Source: Shigella phage ESh27. From it: a stretch of 64,000 nucleotides of DNA. Location of the stretch: sequence record ON528737, one strand, 5' to 3'. A model generated the notes under the pieces. That model searched no databases and was not told the DNA's origin. It saw nothing but the letters and a program-made list of their open reading frames with translations. Of this stretch, positions 18,060-28,914 are shown piece by piece. The translations under genes were made by a program, and so were the position numbers. The first letter of the stretch is position 1; each line of letters begins with the position of its first letter.

Positions 18060-18240
18060 ACGTCTGAATCTGAACGCAGGGTTCACCCTTAAATTGGGAG
18101 GTCCTCTTTGTGTTAAAATTTCCGAAAAGGAATATCACGACGGTTCTATTACAGAAATTTGTCCGCCTATTGTAAAGGCAGACCCAAAACAACTCGTGTG
18201 GGTTGATTCATTTCAAGTTAAGAAATGGTGGAAACGATGA
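18034..18240 (+). CDS. hypothetical protein
   Basis: 68 aa; GAGGA SD 8 nt upstream. Confidence 0.4.
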   Translation: MALVQTKFKRLNLNAGFTLKLGGPLCVKISEKEYHDGSITEICPPIVKADPKQLVWVDSFQVKKWWKR

Positions 18241-18376
18241 TAACTTGGACAGGTGGCTAATGAAAGACGAACACCCGGATTTTTAAGCTTATGAATGACA
18301 AATACGAAAAAGTTTAAGGGGTCATATGAATGACGAATTTGACGGATTTTGATAAGATTAAATCTGATAAAAATGA

Positions 18377-18502
18377 GATGATACTTCAATTTGAAGCCGC
18401 TCGTATTAAAGCAGAAAATGAAGGTACTATTACCCGTAAGAAAATCAAGTTCAGGTATAGTCACGAACCTCTATACGGTGTATTAATTGGAAAGGAAGCC
18501 TA
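18377..18502 (+). CDS. hypothetical small protein
   Basis: 41 aa read by eye; weak SD; terminator immediately after. Confidence 0.25.
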
Positions 18503-18518
18503 GTGCTTCCTTTTTTTT
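18491..18518 (+). terminator. rho-independent terminator
   Basis: ggaagc-ctagt-gcttcc followed by TTTTTTTTT. Confidence 0.6.
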
Positions 18519-18566
18519 TGCTTTATATTCTGGATGATAAAATGAACCAACTAATGAGGAAAACAT

Positions 18567-18710
18567 ATGATTATATTTTTAGGTGTGACTATATTGATAT
18601 TAGCCTTCTATCTATTCACTAGGGCGTGTTGGATAGGTTTCTTTAGTACCCCAGATGGATTAATTTCTGTGGTTTTATTTTGCATTGCGATAACGGCGTT
18701 AGACTTATGA
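18567..18710 (+). CDS. hypothetical small membrane protein
   Basis: 47 aa, hydrophobic; GAGGAAAA SD; ATGA overlap with gene 47 start. Confidence 0.35.
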   Translation: MIIFLGVTILILAFYLFTRACWIGFFSTPDGLISVVLFCIAITALDL

Positions 18711-19726
18711 AAATTTTACATTTAGGTGACTTCCATATCGGCGTTAAACAGGACGACCCATGGGTTCAAGATATTCAACGTGATGGTATTCGTCAAGCAA
18801 TTGAATACTCTAAGAAACACGGGATTAAAACTTGGATTCAGTACGGTGATTGGTTTGACGTCCGTAAAGCAATTACACATCGTACAATGGAATTCAATCG
18901 TGAAATCGTTGATATGATTTCTAAAGCAGGCATTCACGTTCATGTCACGATAGGAAACCATGACATGGCGTTTAAGAATACAATAACACCTAACACTGTT
19001 TCTGAATTGTTAACACAATTTGAAAACTTTACTATTTACGAACATCCAACTACTGTAGATTTTGACGGATGTCTGATTGATATCGTTCCGTGGATGTGTG
19101 AAGAAAATACAGGTGAAATCTTAGAGCATATCAAGACTTCTTCTGCTGCGTATTGTGTTGGACACTGGGAACTGAACGGCTTCTATTTCTATAAAGGAAT
19201 GAAGTCTCATGGGCTTGAACCTGATTTCTTAAAGACCTATAAACAAGTCTGGTCCGGCCACTTCCACACAATCTCTGAAGCTGCTAACGTCAAATATATT
19301 GGGACACCATGGACCCTTACTGCAGGTGACGAGAATGATCCTCGCGGATTCTGGGTATTTGACACTGATGTTGAACGTATGGAATTTATTCCTAATGAAA
19401 CAACATGGCATCGACGAATCACTTATCCGTTTAAAGGCAAAATTAATTATTCTGATTATACTAATCTAGCCGTACGTGTTATAGTATCAGAAATTGATTC
19501 AGAGTTGACTAAGTTTGAATCTGAACTTGAAAAAGTAGTTCACTCTCTTCGTATGGTTTCTAAAGTTGATAACAGTGTTGAATCTGATGACGACCAGGAA
19601 ATCGAGATTAAATCACTTCAAGATATCATTAAAGAATATATTGACGCGATTCCAGATATCTCAGACGAAGACAGAGAAGCGCTGGTCAAATATTCCAACG
19701 AACTTTATATTGAGGCAACACAATGA
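18707..19726 (+). CDS. 47: recombination nuclease subunit gp47 (Mre11/SbcD-like)
   Basis: 339 aa; metallophosphoesterase motifs (LGDFH, GNHD); matches remembered T4 gp47. Confidence 0.85.
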   Translation: MKILHLGDFHIGVKQDDPWVQDIQRDGIRQAIEYSKKHGIKTWIQYGDWFDVRKAITHRTMEFNREIVDMISKAGIHVHVTIGNHDMAFKNTITPNTVSELLTQFENFTIYEHPTTVDFDGCLIDIVPWMCEENTGEILEHIKTSSAAYCVGHWELNGFYFYKGMKSHGLEPDFLKTYKQVWSGHFHTISEAANVKYIGTPWTLTAGDENDPRGFWVFDTDVERMEFIPNETTWHRRITYPFKGKINYSDYTNLAVRVIVSEIDSELTKFESELEKVVHSLRMVSKVDNSVESDDDQEIEIKSLQDIIKEYIDAIPDISDEDREALVKYSNELYIEATQ

Positions 19727-19980
19727 CTTTAGATGAATTTAACAATGCTGGGCTCGGGCTTGAAGTTGAAATAGACGTTAAAGATGATGATGGATTCGAG
19801 AACACCATCAAGTATTGGATTGAGCCATTACGTGTTGAAGACAATGAAGTTAAAGCAGTTCATGTTTGTACCGACTGGGCTATTGAATTTAGCTTTAACA
19901 TAATGGACAATGATACTCCTGGCTCTATTCTTAAAATGGCTGAAGCGTGTATTGAGGATGCGTATAATGACGAAGACTGA
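19723..19980 (+). CDS. hypothetical protein
   Basis: 85 aa acidic. Confidence 0.5.
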   Translation: MTLDEFNNAGLGLEVEIDVKDDDGFENTIKYWIEPLRVEDNEVKAVHVCTDWAIEFSFNIMDNDTPGSILKMAEACIEDAYNDED

Positions 19981-20206
19981 TTATGAAATCCATCGTCATG
20001 AATTTAGTATTGGCGACGGTTATATTGGTATCGTTGAATGGACTGAGAATTACGAGGAATCAACTCCTCGTTTCTTTGGAACAATGTATGTTACATGTGA
20101 GTACGCACCAGGTGTTGTTATGTATGCAGAACTAGATGAATATTTTGCTGATAGGGATGACATGTTAAAATATGTAGAGGACTTCATTCGAAGAGAATAC
20201 ATATGA
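19967..20206 (+). CDS. hypothetical protein
   Basis: 79 aa; start adjusted to ATG after GAGGA. Confidence 0.45.
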   Translation: MTKTDYEIHRHEFSIGDGYIGIVEWTENYEESTPRFFGTMYVTCEYAPGVVMYAELDEYFADRDDMLKYVEDFIRREYI

Positions 20207-21891
20207 AATCATTTAAATTAAATCGTGTTCGTTATCAAAACATCATGTCGGTAGGTGGGAATCCTATCGATATCCAATTAGATAAAGTCCAAAAGACATT
20301 AATCACTGGTAAAAATGGCGGTGGTAAATCTACGATGTTAGAAGCCATTACTTTCGGACTTTTCGGTAAACCATTTCGTGATGTTAAGAAAGGACAAATC
20401 ATTAATAGCACGAACAAGAAAGAGCTCTTAGTTGAGCTTTGGATGGAATTCGATGATAAAAAATACTTCATTAAACGTGGCCAAAAGCCCAATATTTTCG
20501 AAATCTCCGTTAACGGTGTTCGTCTTGATGAATCTGCCAGCAGTCGCGACTTCCAAGAAGAATTTGAACGTAGCATCGGAATGTCATACGCGTCTTTTAA
20601 ACAGATCGTTGTGCTTGGGACGGCAGGGTATACCCCTTTCATGGCTCTTAGCACCCCTGCTCGTAGAAAACTTGTCGAAGACCTTTTAGAAGTCGGCACA
20701 CTTGCTGAAATGGATAAAATCAATAAGTCTCAAGTTCGCGAACTTAATTCCCAGGGACAAGTTCTCGATGCCAAGAAAGATGGTATTATCCAACAAATTA
20801 AGATTTATAACGAGAATATCGAACGCCAAAAGAAATTATCTGGCGATAATGTAGCACGTCTACAGAATATGTATGACGACCTAGCCAAAGAAGCTCGTTC
20901 ATTAAAAGCAGAAATTGAAGAAGCTAATGAGCGTCTACTTAATATCGTTCTTGACGAAGACCCTACTGAGGCATTCAACAAGATCGGACAAGAAGCATTC
21001 TTGATTAAATCTAAAATCGACTCATATAACAAAGTTATTAAGATGTATCATGATGGCGGCACGTGTCCTACTTGCGCATCACAATTGCACCAGGGTGACC
21101 CTATTGTCTCTAAGATTACCGATAAGCTTCATGAATGTAATCACTCATTCGAGCAACTTACCTGTCACAGAGATAATCTGAGTGTCCTAGTGGACGAATA
21201 TAGAGCTAACGTTAAGACTAAACAGGACCTTGCATCTGATATTCGTACAAAGAAACAAACAATGATTGCCACTATTGATAAAGCTAAGAAAGTTAAAGCT
21301 GCAATAGAGCAAGCCTCGGCTGAATTTATCGACCATGCCGATGAGATAGCTTTGCTTCAAAAAGAACTTGATAAAATCATTAAAACAAAATCGGATATCG
21401 TTCTTGAAAAATACCATCGTGGTATTATCACAGATATGTTAAAAGATTCTGGTATTAAAGGTGCTATCATTAAAAAATATGTGCCTCTGTTCAACAAGCA
21501 GATTAACCATTATCTTAAAATCATGGAAGCTGATTATGTGTTTTCTATTGACGAAGAATTCAATGAATCTATAAAATCACGCGGACGTGAAGATTTTAGT
21601 TATGCTTCATTTAGTCAAGGTGAAAAAGCACGTATCGATATCGCATTGTTGTTTACATGGCGAGATATTGCTGAAAAGGTTTCTGGTGTTAGAATCAATA
21701 CATTAATTATGGACGAAGTCATGGATTCCGCGACTGATTCTGAAGGTATTAAAGCTATTTCAACAATTCTTAACTCTCTAACCGATGCAAACGTGTTTAT
21801 AATTAGTCACAGAGACCATGACCCACAAGCTTATGGACAACATCTTCAGATGAGCAAAGTTGGACGATTTACTGTAATGACTGTTTCATAA
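20203..21891 (+). CDS. 46: recombination ATPase gp46 (Rad50/SbcC-like)
   Basis: 562 aa; Walker A GKNGGGKST, central coiled coil with CPTC zinc hook, C-terminal signature and Walker B. Confidence 0.85.
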   Translation: MKSFKLNRVRYQNIMSVGGNPIDIQLDKVQKTLITGKNGGGKSTMLEAITFGLFGKPFRDVKKGQIINSTNKKELLVELWMEFDDKKYFIKRGQKPNIFEISVNGVRLDESASSRDFQEEFERSIGMSYASFKQIVVLGTAGYTPFMALSTPARRKLVEDLLEVGTLAEMDKINKSQVRELNSQGQVLDAKKDGIIQQIKIYNENIERQKKLSGDNVARLQNMYDDLAKEARSLKAEIEEANERLLNIVLDEDPTEAFNKIGQEAFLIKSKIDSYNKVIKMYHDGGTCPTCASQLHQGDPIVSKITDKLHECNHSFEQLTCHRDNLSVLVDEYRANVKTKQDLASDIRTKKQTMIATIDKAKKVKAAIEQASAEFIDHADEIALLQKELDKIIKTKSDIVLEKYHRGIITDMLKDSGIKGAIIKKYVPLFNKQINHYLKIMEADYVFSIDEEFNESIKSRGREDFSYASFSQGEKARIDIALLFTWRDIAEKVSGVRINTLIMDEVMDSATDSEGIKAISTILNSLTDANVFIISHRDHDPQAYGQHLQMSKVGRFTVMTVS

Positions 21892-21945
21892 ACGCTTTAA
21901 CACGATGTGGTCATTATAACCACATCAAATTAAATGGAGAACAAC

Positions 21946-22134
21946 ATGGAGTATTCAACCGGACAACATCTTCTTGTTGTCCCTGAAATTAAAAAATATG
22001 TTTTGACCAATACGTTTTCAGGTGAAGAACATATTGTTACTGAACAAATGCTCAAATCTGCTTTTAAAGATGAGTATAATAAAATAATGTCTAATCGCAA
22101 TTCCGCATGGACAGTTACCGACTTCTACGAATAA
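21946..22134 (+). CDS. hypothetical protein (45.2-position)
   Basis: 62 aa; GGAG SD. Confidence 0.45.
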   Translation: MEYSTGQHLLVVPEIKKYVLTNTFSGEEHIVTEQMLKSAFKDEYNKIMSNRNSAWTVTDFYE

Positions 22135-22146
22135 GAGAGAAATAAT

Positions 22147-22563
22147 ATGTTTACTACTGCTAAAGGTTTTACCGCTGCTGATCTGAAAGTTACTTCTATC
22201 CGTACTGACGCTAACCCGCATAACCATAATCGTGTTCGTAAAGCATGGGTCCTGCATTGTGATGACGCAAGTGCTAAAAAGCTTCAATCTTTGCCACAAG
22301 AAACTCGTTTTATGATTTATGGTTTTATTGATAATGATGTATCTGATATGTGGATTCATCTGATGCGTAAGCACTATAAAGATTCTATTGAAGCCGGTGG
22401 AAAAATCGTTCTTGATAAAGATGGTTCTGAGCGCCTGGAAGATTTCTACTGTGTTGATGCCGACGAACAACTAATTGCAGCCGGCGAAATTGTTGCTTCT
22501 AAAATTCCAGAATATATTGAATCACTGCCTGAAGCTATTAAAAAGCAGATGGTTGCTGCATAA
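22147..22563 (+). CDS. hypothetical protein, possibly RpbA-like by position
   Basis: 138 aa, immediately upstream of gene 45 as rpbA is in T4; sequence not recognised. Confidence 0.45.
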   Translation: MFTTAKGFTAADLKVTSIRTDANPHNHNRVRKAWVLHCDDASAKKLQSLPQETRFMIYGFIDNDVSDMWIHLMRKHYKDSIEAGGKIVLDKDGSERLEDFYCVDADEQLIAAGEIVASKIPEYIESLPEAIKKQMVAA

Positions 22564-22603
22564 TAAATTTGTTAAACTTTGAATTGTCTTGAAAGGAAAT
22601 AAA

Positions 22604-23290
22604 ATGAAACTGTCTAAAGATACTATCGCTATTCTGAAAAACTTTGCCTCTATTAACTCCGGCATTCTGCTGAGTCAAGGTAAATTTATTATGACCCGTG
22701 CAGTTAATGGCACCACTTATGCTGAAGCAAATATCTCTGATGAAATTGATTTTGACGTAGCACTTTATGATTTGAATAGCTTCTTAAGCATTCTGAGTCT
22801 AGTGTCTGATGATGCTGAAATTTCAATGCACACCGATGGCAATATTAAAATTGCAGATACACGTTCCACAGTTTATTGGCCTGCTGCTGACAAGAGCACC
22901 ATTGTTTTTCCTAATAAGCCAATTCAATTCCCAGTGGCTTCTGTGATTACTGAAATTAAAGCTGAAGACCTTCAACAATTGCTTCGAGTTTCACGTGGTC
23001 TTCAGATTGATACAATTGCTATTACAAATAAAGATGGTAAAATTGTTATCAACGGTTATAATAAAGTTGAAGATTCTGGACTAACTCGTCCTAAGTATTC
23101 TTTGACTCTTACCGATTATGATGGCTCTAATAACTTCAACTTCGTAATCAATATGGCTAATATGAAAATTCAGCCGGGTAATTATAAAGTAATGTTGTGG
23201 GGAGCTGGTGATAAAGTTGCAGCTAAGTTTGAAAGCTCTCAAGTAAGTTATGTTATTGCAATGGAAGCCGATTCTACTCACGACTTCTAA
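22604..23290 (+). CDS. 45: sliding clamp gp45
   Basis: 228 aa; strong match to remembered T4 gp45 (MKLSKDT...LKNFA.INSGI...MTRAVNGTTYAEANISD). Confidence 0.9.
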   Translation: MKLSKDTIAILKNFASINSGILLSQGKFIMTRAVNGTTYAEANISDEIDFDVALYDLNSFLSILSLVSDDAEISMHTDGNIKIADTRSTVYWPAADKSTIVFPNKPIQFPVASVITEIKAEDLQQLLRVSRGLQIDTIAITNKDGKIVINGYNKVEDSGLTRPKYSLTLTDYDGSNNFNFVINMANMKIQPGNYKVMLWGAGDKVAAKFESSQVSYVIAMEADSTHDF

Positions 23291-23298
23291 GTCAAAGC

Positions 23299-23330
23299 TT
23301 TACGTTTAATGTAGTACGATTATGGAGGAG
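23299..23330 (+). promoter_or_regulatory. middle-type promoter candidate
   Basis: aGCTTTAc Mot-box-like element about 12 nt upstream of TAcgaT. Confidence 0.3.
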
Positions 23331-23365
23331 AAATCCTCCAGATTAATGATAATGAGGAAAATTAC

Positions 23366-24328
23366 ATGATTACTATCAATTCCAAAGAACACATTCTAGA
23401 ACAGAAATATCGTCCTTCTTCCATTGACGAATGTATTCTGCCTGCGTATGACCATGAAACATTCAAGTCTTTAGTATCTAAAGGAAAACTTCCTCATATT
23501 ATTTTGCACTCTCCTTCTCCTGGTACAGGTAAAACAACCGTAGCAAAAGCATTATGTAATGATATCAATGCCGAAATGATGTTCGTCAACGGTTCTGATT
23601 GTAAGATTGATTTTGTGCGTGGTCCGTTAACTGCATTCGCTCGTTCAGTCTCAATGGAAGGCAAGCCTAAAGTTATTGTTATTGATGAATTTGACCGTAG
23701 TGGCCTTGCTGAATCACAACGTCACCTTCGTACATTCATGGAAGAATTCTCTAGTAACTGCTCTATTATTATCACTGCTAACAATATTGACGGAATTATT
23801 GAACCATTACGTAGCCGTTGTCGAGTTATCGAATTCGGTCGTCCAACCGAAGAAGATAAAATCTCGATGATGAAGAAAATGATTCATCGTATGGTTGAAA
23901 TCTGTAAGAACGAAAATATCGAAATCGCTGATATGAAAGTTGTTGCAGCTCTGGTTAAAAAGAACTTCCCGGACTTTCGTCGCACAATCGGCCAATTAGA
24001 CCAGTACTCGTCTAAAGGTGTTCTTGATGCAGGTATTCTGTCTATTGTAACTAATGACCGTGGCACAGTCTCTGATGTTATCGAAGCAATGAAGAACAAA
24101 GATATCAAACAGCTTCGTGCATTAGCTCCAAAATATGCTGCAGATTATTCGTGGTTCATCGATAAATTAGTTTCAGAATGTTATGACCAAGTTGCACCTG
24201 GTAAAAGTATTATTTTGCTTTACGAAATTGCAGGCGAAAATAATAAGTTTCATGGACTAGCAAGTAATATTGAATTACATGTTATGTATATGCTTCTTCA
24301 ACTGACCTGTGAACTGACTTGGAAATAA
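23366..24328 (+). CDS. 44: clamp loader large subunit gp44 (AAA+)
   Basis: 320 aa; Walker [18 protein letters not shown] motif. Confidence 0.9.
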   Translation: MITINSKEHILEQKYRPSSIDECILPAYDHETFKSLVSKGKLPHIILHSPSPGTGKTTVAKALCNDINAEMMFVNGSDCKIDFVRGPLTAFARSVSMEGKPKVIVIDEFDRSGLAESQRHLRTFMEEFSSNCSIIITANNIDGIIEPLRSRCRVIEFGRPTEEDKISMMKKMIHRMVEICKNENIEIADMKVVAALVKKNFPDFRRTIGQLDQYSSKGVLDAGILSIVTNDRGTVSDVIEAMKNKDIKQLRALAPKYAADYSWFIDKLVSECYDQVAPGKSIILLYEIAGENNKFHGLASNIELHVMYMLLQLTCELTWK

Positions 24329-24329
24329 T

Positions 24330-24893
24330 ATGAACTTATTCGATGATGACGTCCAGCTTAACGAGCACCAAATTGCATGGAAGTCTAATGACGCTGATGC
24401 GATTCAAAAATGTGCTGATATGTTTAAAGAAAAACCTGAGAATGAATTCTTTAAAATCATTAATGCTATTAACGAAAAGAAATCTATGTCAATTGCTCAG
24501 GTCGACTACTCAAAATTTATGGTTGAGAACTCATTATCCCAGTTCCCAGAATGTATGCCAGCCGTTTACATGATGAACTTAGTCGGTTCTGAATTAAGTG
24601 ATGAAGCGCACTTCAACTATATGATGGCGGCAATTCCGCGTGGTCGTCGATTCTCTAAATGGGCTAAACTAGTCGAAGACACTTCAGAGTTACTAGTTAT
24701 CAAACTGTTGATGAAACATTACACAATCAACATGAATGATGCTACCGAGTATAAGCGGCTCCTTGAAAAAAATAACAAGCTGCCAATAGTCCTTAAAGAA
24801 CTGAAGGCCATGGTCACTGATGAGTTTCTCAAAGAAGTTACTAAAAACGTAAAAGAACAAAAACAATTTAAAAAATTAGCATTGGAATGGTAA
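24330..24893 (+). CDS. 62: clamp loader small subunit gp62
   Basis: 187 aa; position and size as T4 gp62. Confidence 0.8.
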   Translation: MNLFDDDVQLNEHQIAWKSNDADAIQKCADMFKEKPENEFFKIINAINEKKSMSIAQVDYSKFMVENSLSQFPECMPAVYMMNLVGSELSDEAHFNYMMAAIPRGRRFSKWAKLVEDTSELLVIKLLMKHYTINMNDATEYKRLLEKNNKLPIVLKELKAMVTDEFLKEVTKNVKEQKQFKKLALEW

Positions 24894-24895
24894 AA

Positions 24896-25264
24896 ATGAT
24901 TGAAATTAAATTGAAGAACCCTGAAGATTTTCTGAAAGTCAAAGAGACTTTGACCCGTATGGGCATCGCTAATAACAAAGATAAAGTCCTTTACCAGTCT
25001 TGTCATATCCTCCAAAAGCAAGGTAAGTACTATATTGTCCACTTTAAAGAAATGTTGCGAATGGATGGACGCCAGGTTGATATTGACGGCGAAGACTATC
25101 AACGACGCGATTCTATTGCTCAGTTGCTTGAAGACTGGGGACTGATTGTTATTGAAGACTCTGCTCGTGAAGATCTATTTAGCCTGACTAATAACTTCCG
25201 AGTCATCTCTTTTAAACAGAAAGATGACTGGACTTTGAAAGCAAAATATACAATTGGTAATTAA
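24896..25264 (+). CDS. regA: translational repressor RegA
   Basis: 122 aa; matches remembered T4 RegA (LKVKETLTRMGIANNKDKVLYQSCHILQK). Confidence 0.85.
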   Translation: MIEIKLKNPEDFLKVKETLTRMGIANNKDKVLYQSCHILQKQGKYYIVHFKEMLRMDGRQVDIDGEDYQRRDSIAQLLEDWGLIVIEDSAREDLFSLTNNFRVISFKQKDDWTLKAKYTIGN

Positions 25265-25269
25265 AGCAA

Positions 25270-25289
25270 TGGGACTTCGGTCCCATTTG
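25270..25289 (+). terminator. rho-independent terminator (UUCG loop)
   Basis: tgggacttcggtccca followed by TTTGG. Confidence 0.55.
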
Positions 25290-25345
25290 GAGTATAATAA
25301 GTTCATCAACAAACAAAAGACAATAACTCGTCTAAAGGAAATTAA

Positions 25346-28057
25346 ATGAAAGAATTTTACTTAACGGTTGAACAGATCGGTGATTCAATTTTTGAACGTT
25401 ACATCGATTCTAATGGCCGTGAACGTACTCGTGAAGTAGAATATAAACCATCATTGTTTGCTCATTGTCCAGAAAGTCAGGCTACGAAATATTTCGATAT
25501 CTACGGTAAGCCGTGTACTCGTAAGTTGTTCGCTAATATGCGTGATGCCTCCCAATGGATTAAACGCATGGAAGATATCGGTCTTGAAGCACTTGGCATG
25601 GACGATTTCAAATTGGCGTATTTGTCTGACACTTATAATTATGAAATCAAATACGACCATACAAAAATTCGTGTGGCTAACTTCGACATCGAAGTAACAT
25701 CTCCGGATGGGTTCCCTGAGCCGTCACAAGCAAAACGTCCTATTGATGCTATCACTCATTATGACTCAATTGATGACAGGTTTTATGTATTTGACCTTTT
25801 GAATTCTCCATATGGTAATGTGGAAGAATGGTCTATCGAAATTGCAGCTAAGCTTCAAGAACAAGGTGGTGATGAAGTTCCATCCGAAATTATTGATAAA
25901 ATCATTTATATGCCGTTCGATAACGAAAAAGAATTGTTGATGGAATATCTCAACTTCTGGCAACAGAAAACTCCTGTCATTTTAACCGGATGGAACGTTG
26001 AGTCATTTGATATTCCATATGTGTATAACCGAATCAAGAATATTTTTGGCGAATCTACTGCGAAACGTTTATCACCACATCGTAAAACTCGTGTTAAAGT
26101 TATCGAAAACATGTATGGTTCTCGTGAAATCATTACATTGTTTGGTATCTCTGTTCTTGATTACATTGACCTTTACAAAAAATTCTCTTTTACCAATCAA
26201 CCGTCGTATTCTCTGGATTACATTTCAGAATTTGAATTGAACGTTGGTAAACTGAAATATGACGGCCCTATTTCTAAGCTTCGTGAAAGCAATCACCAAC
26301 GATATATTTCTTATAACATCATCGACGTGTATCGTGTATTGCAAATTGATGCTAAACGCCAGTTCATCAACTTGAGTTTGGACATGGGTTATTATGCTAA
26401 GATACAGATTCAATCTGTGTTCAGCCCAATTAAAACTTGGGACGCTATTATTTTTAATAGCCTTAAAGAGCAGAACAAGGTGATTCCACAAGGTCGTTCG
26501 CATCCAGTTCAACCTTACCCAGGCGCTTTTGTTAAGGAACCTATTCCAAATCGATACAAATATGTAATGAGTTTCGACCTTACATCTCTGTATCCAAGCA
26601 TCATTCGCCAAGTGAATATTAGCCCGGAAACAATAGCAGGAACGTTTAAAGTAGCTCCATTGCATGATTATATTAACGCAATCGCTGAACGTCCTTCAGA
26701 TGTGTACAGTTGCTCTCCTAATGGCATGATGTATTATAAAGACCGTGACGGTGTAGTTCCAACTGAAATCACTAAGGTCTTTAATCAACGTAAAGAACAT
26801 AAAGGTTACATGCTTGCAGCTCAACGTAATGGTGAAATAATTAAAGAGGCATTGCATAATCCTAATCTTTCTGTTGATGAACCATTAGATGTTGATTATC
26901 GTTTCGACTTCACTGACGAGATTAAAGAAAAGATTAAAAAGTTGTCTGCTAAATCTCTTAATGAAATGCTGTTTAGAGCTCAACGTACTGAAGTTGCAGG
27001 TATGACTGCACAAATTAACCGTAAATTGCTCATCAACTCGCTTTATGGTGCACTTGGCAACGTTTGGTTCCGTTATTATGATTTGCGTAATGCTACTGCA
27101 ATCACAACATTCGGGCAAATGGCTTTACAGTGGATTGAACGTAAAGTTAATGAATATCTGAATGAAGTTTGTGGTACAGAAGGTGAAGCTTTCGTTCTTT
27201 ATGGTGATACAGACTCTATTTACGTATCTGCTGATAAAATTATCGATAAGGTTGGTGAATCTAAATTCCGTGATACCAACCATTGGGTAGACTTCTTAGA
27301 TAAGTTCGCTCGTGAACGTATGGAACCTGCTATTGATAGAGGTTTCCGTGAAATGTGTGAATACATGAACAATAAACAACACTTAATGTTCATGGACCGA
27401 GAAGCTATCGCTGGTCCTCCGCTCGGTTCTAAAGGTATTGGCGGATTTTGGACTGGTAAGAAACGTTATGCATTAAACGTGTGGGATATGGAAGGTACTC
27501 GTTACGCTGAGCCTAAACTCAAAATCATGGGTCTCGAAACACAGAAATCTTCGACCCCAAAAGCAGTACAGAAAGCTCTTAAAGAATGTATTCGACGTAT
27601 GCTTCAGGAAGGTGAAGAATCATTACAAGAATATTTTAAAGAGTTTGAAAAAGAATTCCGTCAATTGAATTATATTAGCATCGCGTCGGTATCTTCTGCG
27701 AATAACATTGCTAAATATGACGTAGGTGGATTCCCGGGTCCCAAATGCCCGTTCCATATTCGTGGAATTCTGACGTATAACCGGGCTATCAAAGGTAATA
27801 TCGATGCACCACAAGTTGTAGAAGGTGAAAAAGTATATGTTCTGCCTTTACGTGAAGGAAACCCGTTCGGTGATAAATGTATCGCATGGCCTTCTGGTAC
27901 TGAAATCACAGATTTAATTAAAGACGACGTACTTCATTGGATGGACTACACGGTTCTCCTTGAGAAGACATTTATTAAACCACTTGAAGGATTCACATCA
28001 GCAGCGAAACTCGATTACGAGAAGAAAGCATCTCTATTCGATATGTTCGATTTTTGA
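25346..28057 (+). CDS. 43: DNA polymerase gp43 (family B, 3'-5' exonuclease plus polymerase)
   Basis: 903 aa; exo motif FDIEV, polymerase motifs DxxSLYPS, KxxxNSxYG, YGDTDS; N-terminus matches remembered RB69-type gp43. Confidence 0.95.
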   Translation: MKEFYLTVEQIGDSIFERYIDSNGRERTREVEYKPSLFAHCPESQATKYFDIYGKPCTRKLFANMRDASQWIKRMEDIGLEALGMDDFKLAYLSDTYNYEIKYDHTKIRVANFDIEVTSPDGFPEPSQAKRPIDAITHYDSIDDRFYVFDLLNSPYGNVEEWSIEIAAKLQEQGGDEVPSEIIDKIIYMPFDNEKELLMEYLNFWQQKTPVILTGWNVESFDIPYVYNRIKNIFGESTAKRLSPHRKTRVKVIENMYGSREIITLFGISVLDYIDLYKKFSFTNQPSYSLDYISEFELNVGKLKYDGPISKLRESNHQRYISYNIIDVYRVLQIDAKRQFINLSLDMGYYAKIQIQSVFSPIKTWDAIIFNSLKEQNKVIPQGRSHPVQPYPGAFVKEPIPNRYKYVMSFDLTSLYPSIIRQVNISPETIAGTFKVAPLHDYINAIAERPSDVYSCSPNGMMYYKDRDGVVPTEITKVFNQRKEHKGYMLAAQRNGEIIKEALHNPNLSVDEPLDVDYRFDFTDEIKEKIKKLSAKSLNEMLFRAQRTEVAGMTAQINRKLLINSLYGALGNVWFRYYDLRNATAITTFGQMALQWIERKVNEYLNEVCGTEGEAFVLYGDTDSIYVSADKIIDKVGESKFRDTNHWVDFLDKFARERMEPAIDRGFREMCEYMNNKQHLMFMDREAIAGPPLGSKGIGGFWTGKKRYALNVWDMEGTRYAEPKLKIMGLETQKSSTPKAVQKALKECIRRMLQEGEESLQEYFKEFEKEFRQLNYISIASVSSANNIAKYDVGGFPGPKCPFHIRGILTYNRAIKGNIDAPQVVEGEKVYVLPLREGNPFGDKCIAWPSGTEITDLIKDDVLHWMDYTVLLEKTFIKPLEGFTSAAKLDYEKKASLFDMFDF

Positions 28058-28097
28058 TATAATGCCATGGACGGTAAACTAATTAAATGAGAGAAAT

Positions 28098-28733
28098 ATG
28101 AAAACTACTCCTATTACTATCGCTATTGACGCAATCATAAAACAAGCTTCTTCTTTGGCCGCTATGGCCAAAGTAATTAGTCAAAACCCTGCTCGTTATA
28201 ATGTTATTCTAGAAACACTTCGACGCCCTGGACTGAGTAATTATGAAAGTCGTGTAATTATTACAGGTGTTGGTAAGAACGCTAATATCGCAACTAAAGC
28301 TTCTGAGACATTTGCTTCACTCGGTATCCCAAGTATGTACTTGAACACCGGGCATTATTCTCACGGTGATGCAGGATTTATTGCGCCTAATGATGTGTTG
28401 ATTCATATTAGTCGTTCTGGTAAGACTGAAGAAATGATAGGTGTTGCTAAACATCTTCGTATGATTCGTCCTCAGGTTAAACAGATTCTGTTACATTGTA
28501 ACCCTGACATTCCACAAGAATACGAAGCTCTTTTTGATTATACGTTCTGTACCGGTATCGCGGTAGAAGTTGACGAGAACTCTTTAGCTCCGACTATGTC
28601 CACTACATTGTTGTTAGCGCTTATCGATACGTTTGCTATCAACCTTTCGTCTGAACGTGGATTTACCTCTAATGACTTCCTTAAGTTCCACCCTGGCGGT
28701 GCACTAGGTGCCATGTTACGAGGCGAACAATGA
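28098..28733 (+). CDS. SIS-domain sugar-phosphate isomerase (KdsD-like arabinose-5-phosphate isomerase)
   Basis: 211 aa; GVGKNANIATKASETFASLGIPS...HGDAG...ISRSGKTEE matches the KdsD/GutQ SIS-domain pattern; no CBS domain. Confidence 0.7.
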   Translation: MKTTPITIAIDAIIKQASSLAAMAKVISQNPARYNVILETLRRPGLSNYESRVIITGVGKNANIATKASETFASLGIPSMYLNTGHYSHGDAGFIAPNDVLIHISRSGKTEEMIGVAKHLRMIRPQVKQILLHCNPDIPQEYEALFDYTFCTGIAVEVDENSLAPTMSTTLLLALIDTFAINLSSERGFTSNDFLKFHPGGALGAMLRGEQ

Positions 28734-28873
28734 AAGCAATAACAATAGGACTTTTACTATTGATGCTTGTCATGACTATCTACTGGAGCTTAACGGCTCC
28801 GGTAATGATTCCAACACTTGTAATTGGATGGATTATGATTGGTCTACAGGCAAAGTATGAATGCTTTAACTAG
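28730..28873 (+). CDS. hypothetical small membrane protein
   Basis: 47 aa, two hydrophobic segments; ATGA overlap with SIS gene stop; read by eye. Confidence 0.35.
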   Translation: MKAITIGLLLLMLVMTIYWSLTAPVMIPTLVIGWIMIGLQAKYECFN

Positions 28874-28914
28874 AATAGTGTACAATACACCTACTTACCA
28901 ATGAGGACTTCAAC

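Noticed and set aside
20235-20723. 162-aa minus-strand ORF
   Set aside because: Lies entirely inside the well-supported gene 46 on the opposite strand, has no SD and looks like junk sequence; treated as antisense noise.
22018-22470. 150-aa minus-strand ORF
   Set aside because: Overlaps two + strand genes with good SDs, and its composition looks like antisense of coding sequence.
26225-26665. 146-aa minus-strand ORF inside the DNA polymerase gene
   Set aside because: Embedded in gene 43; no independent support.
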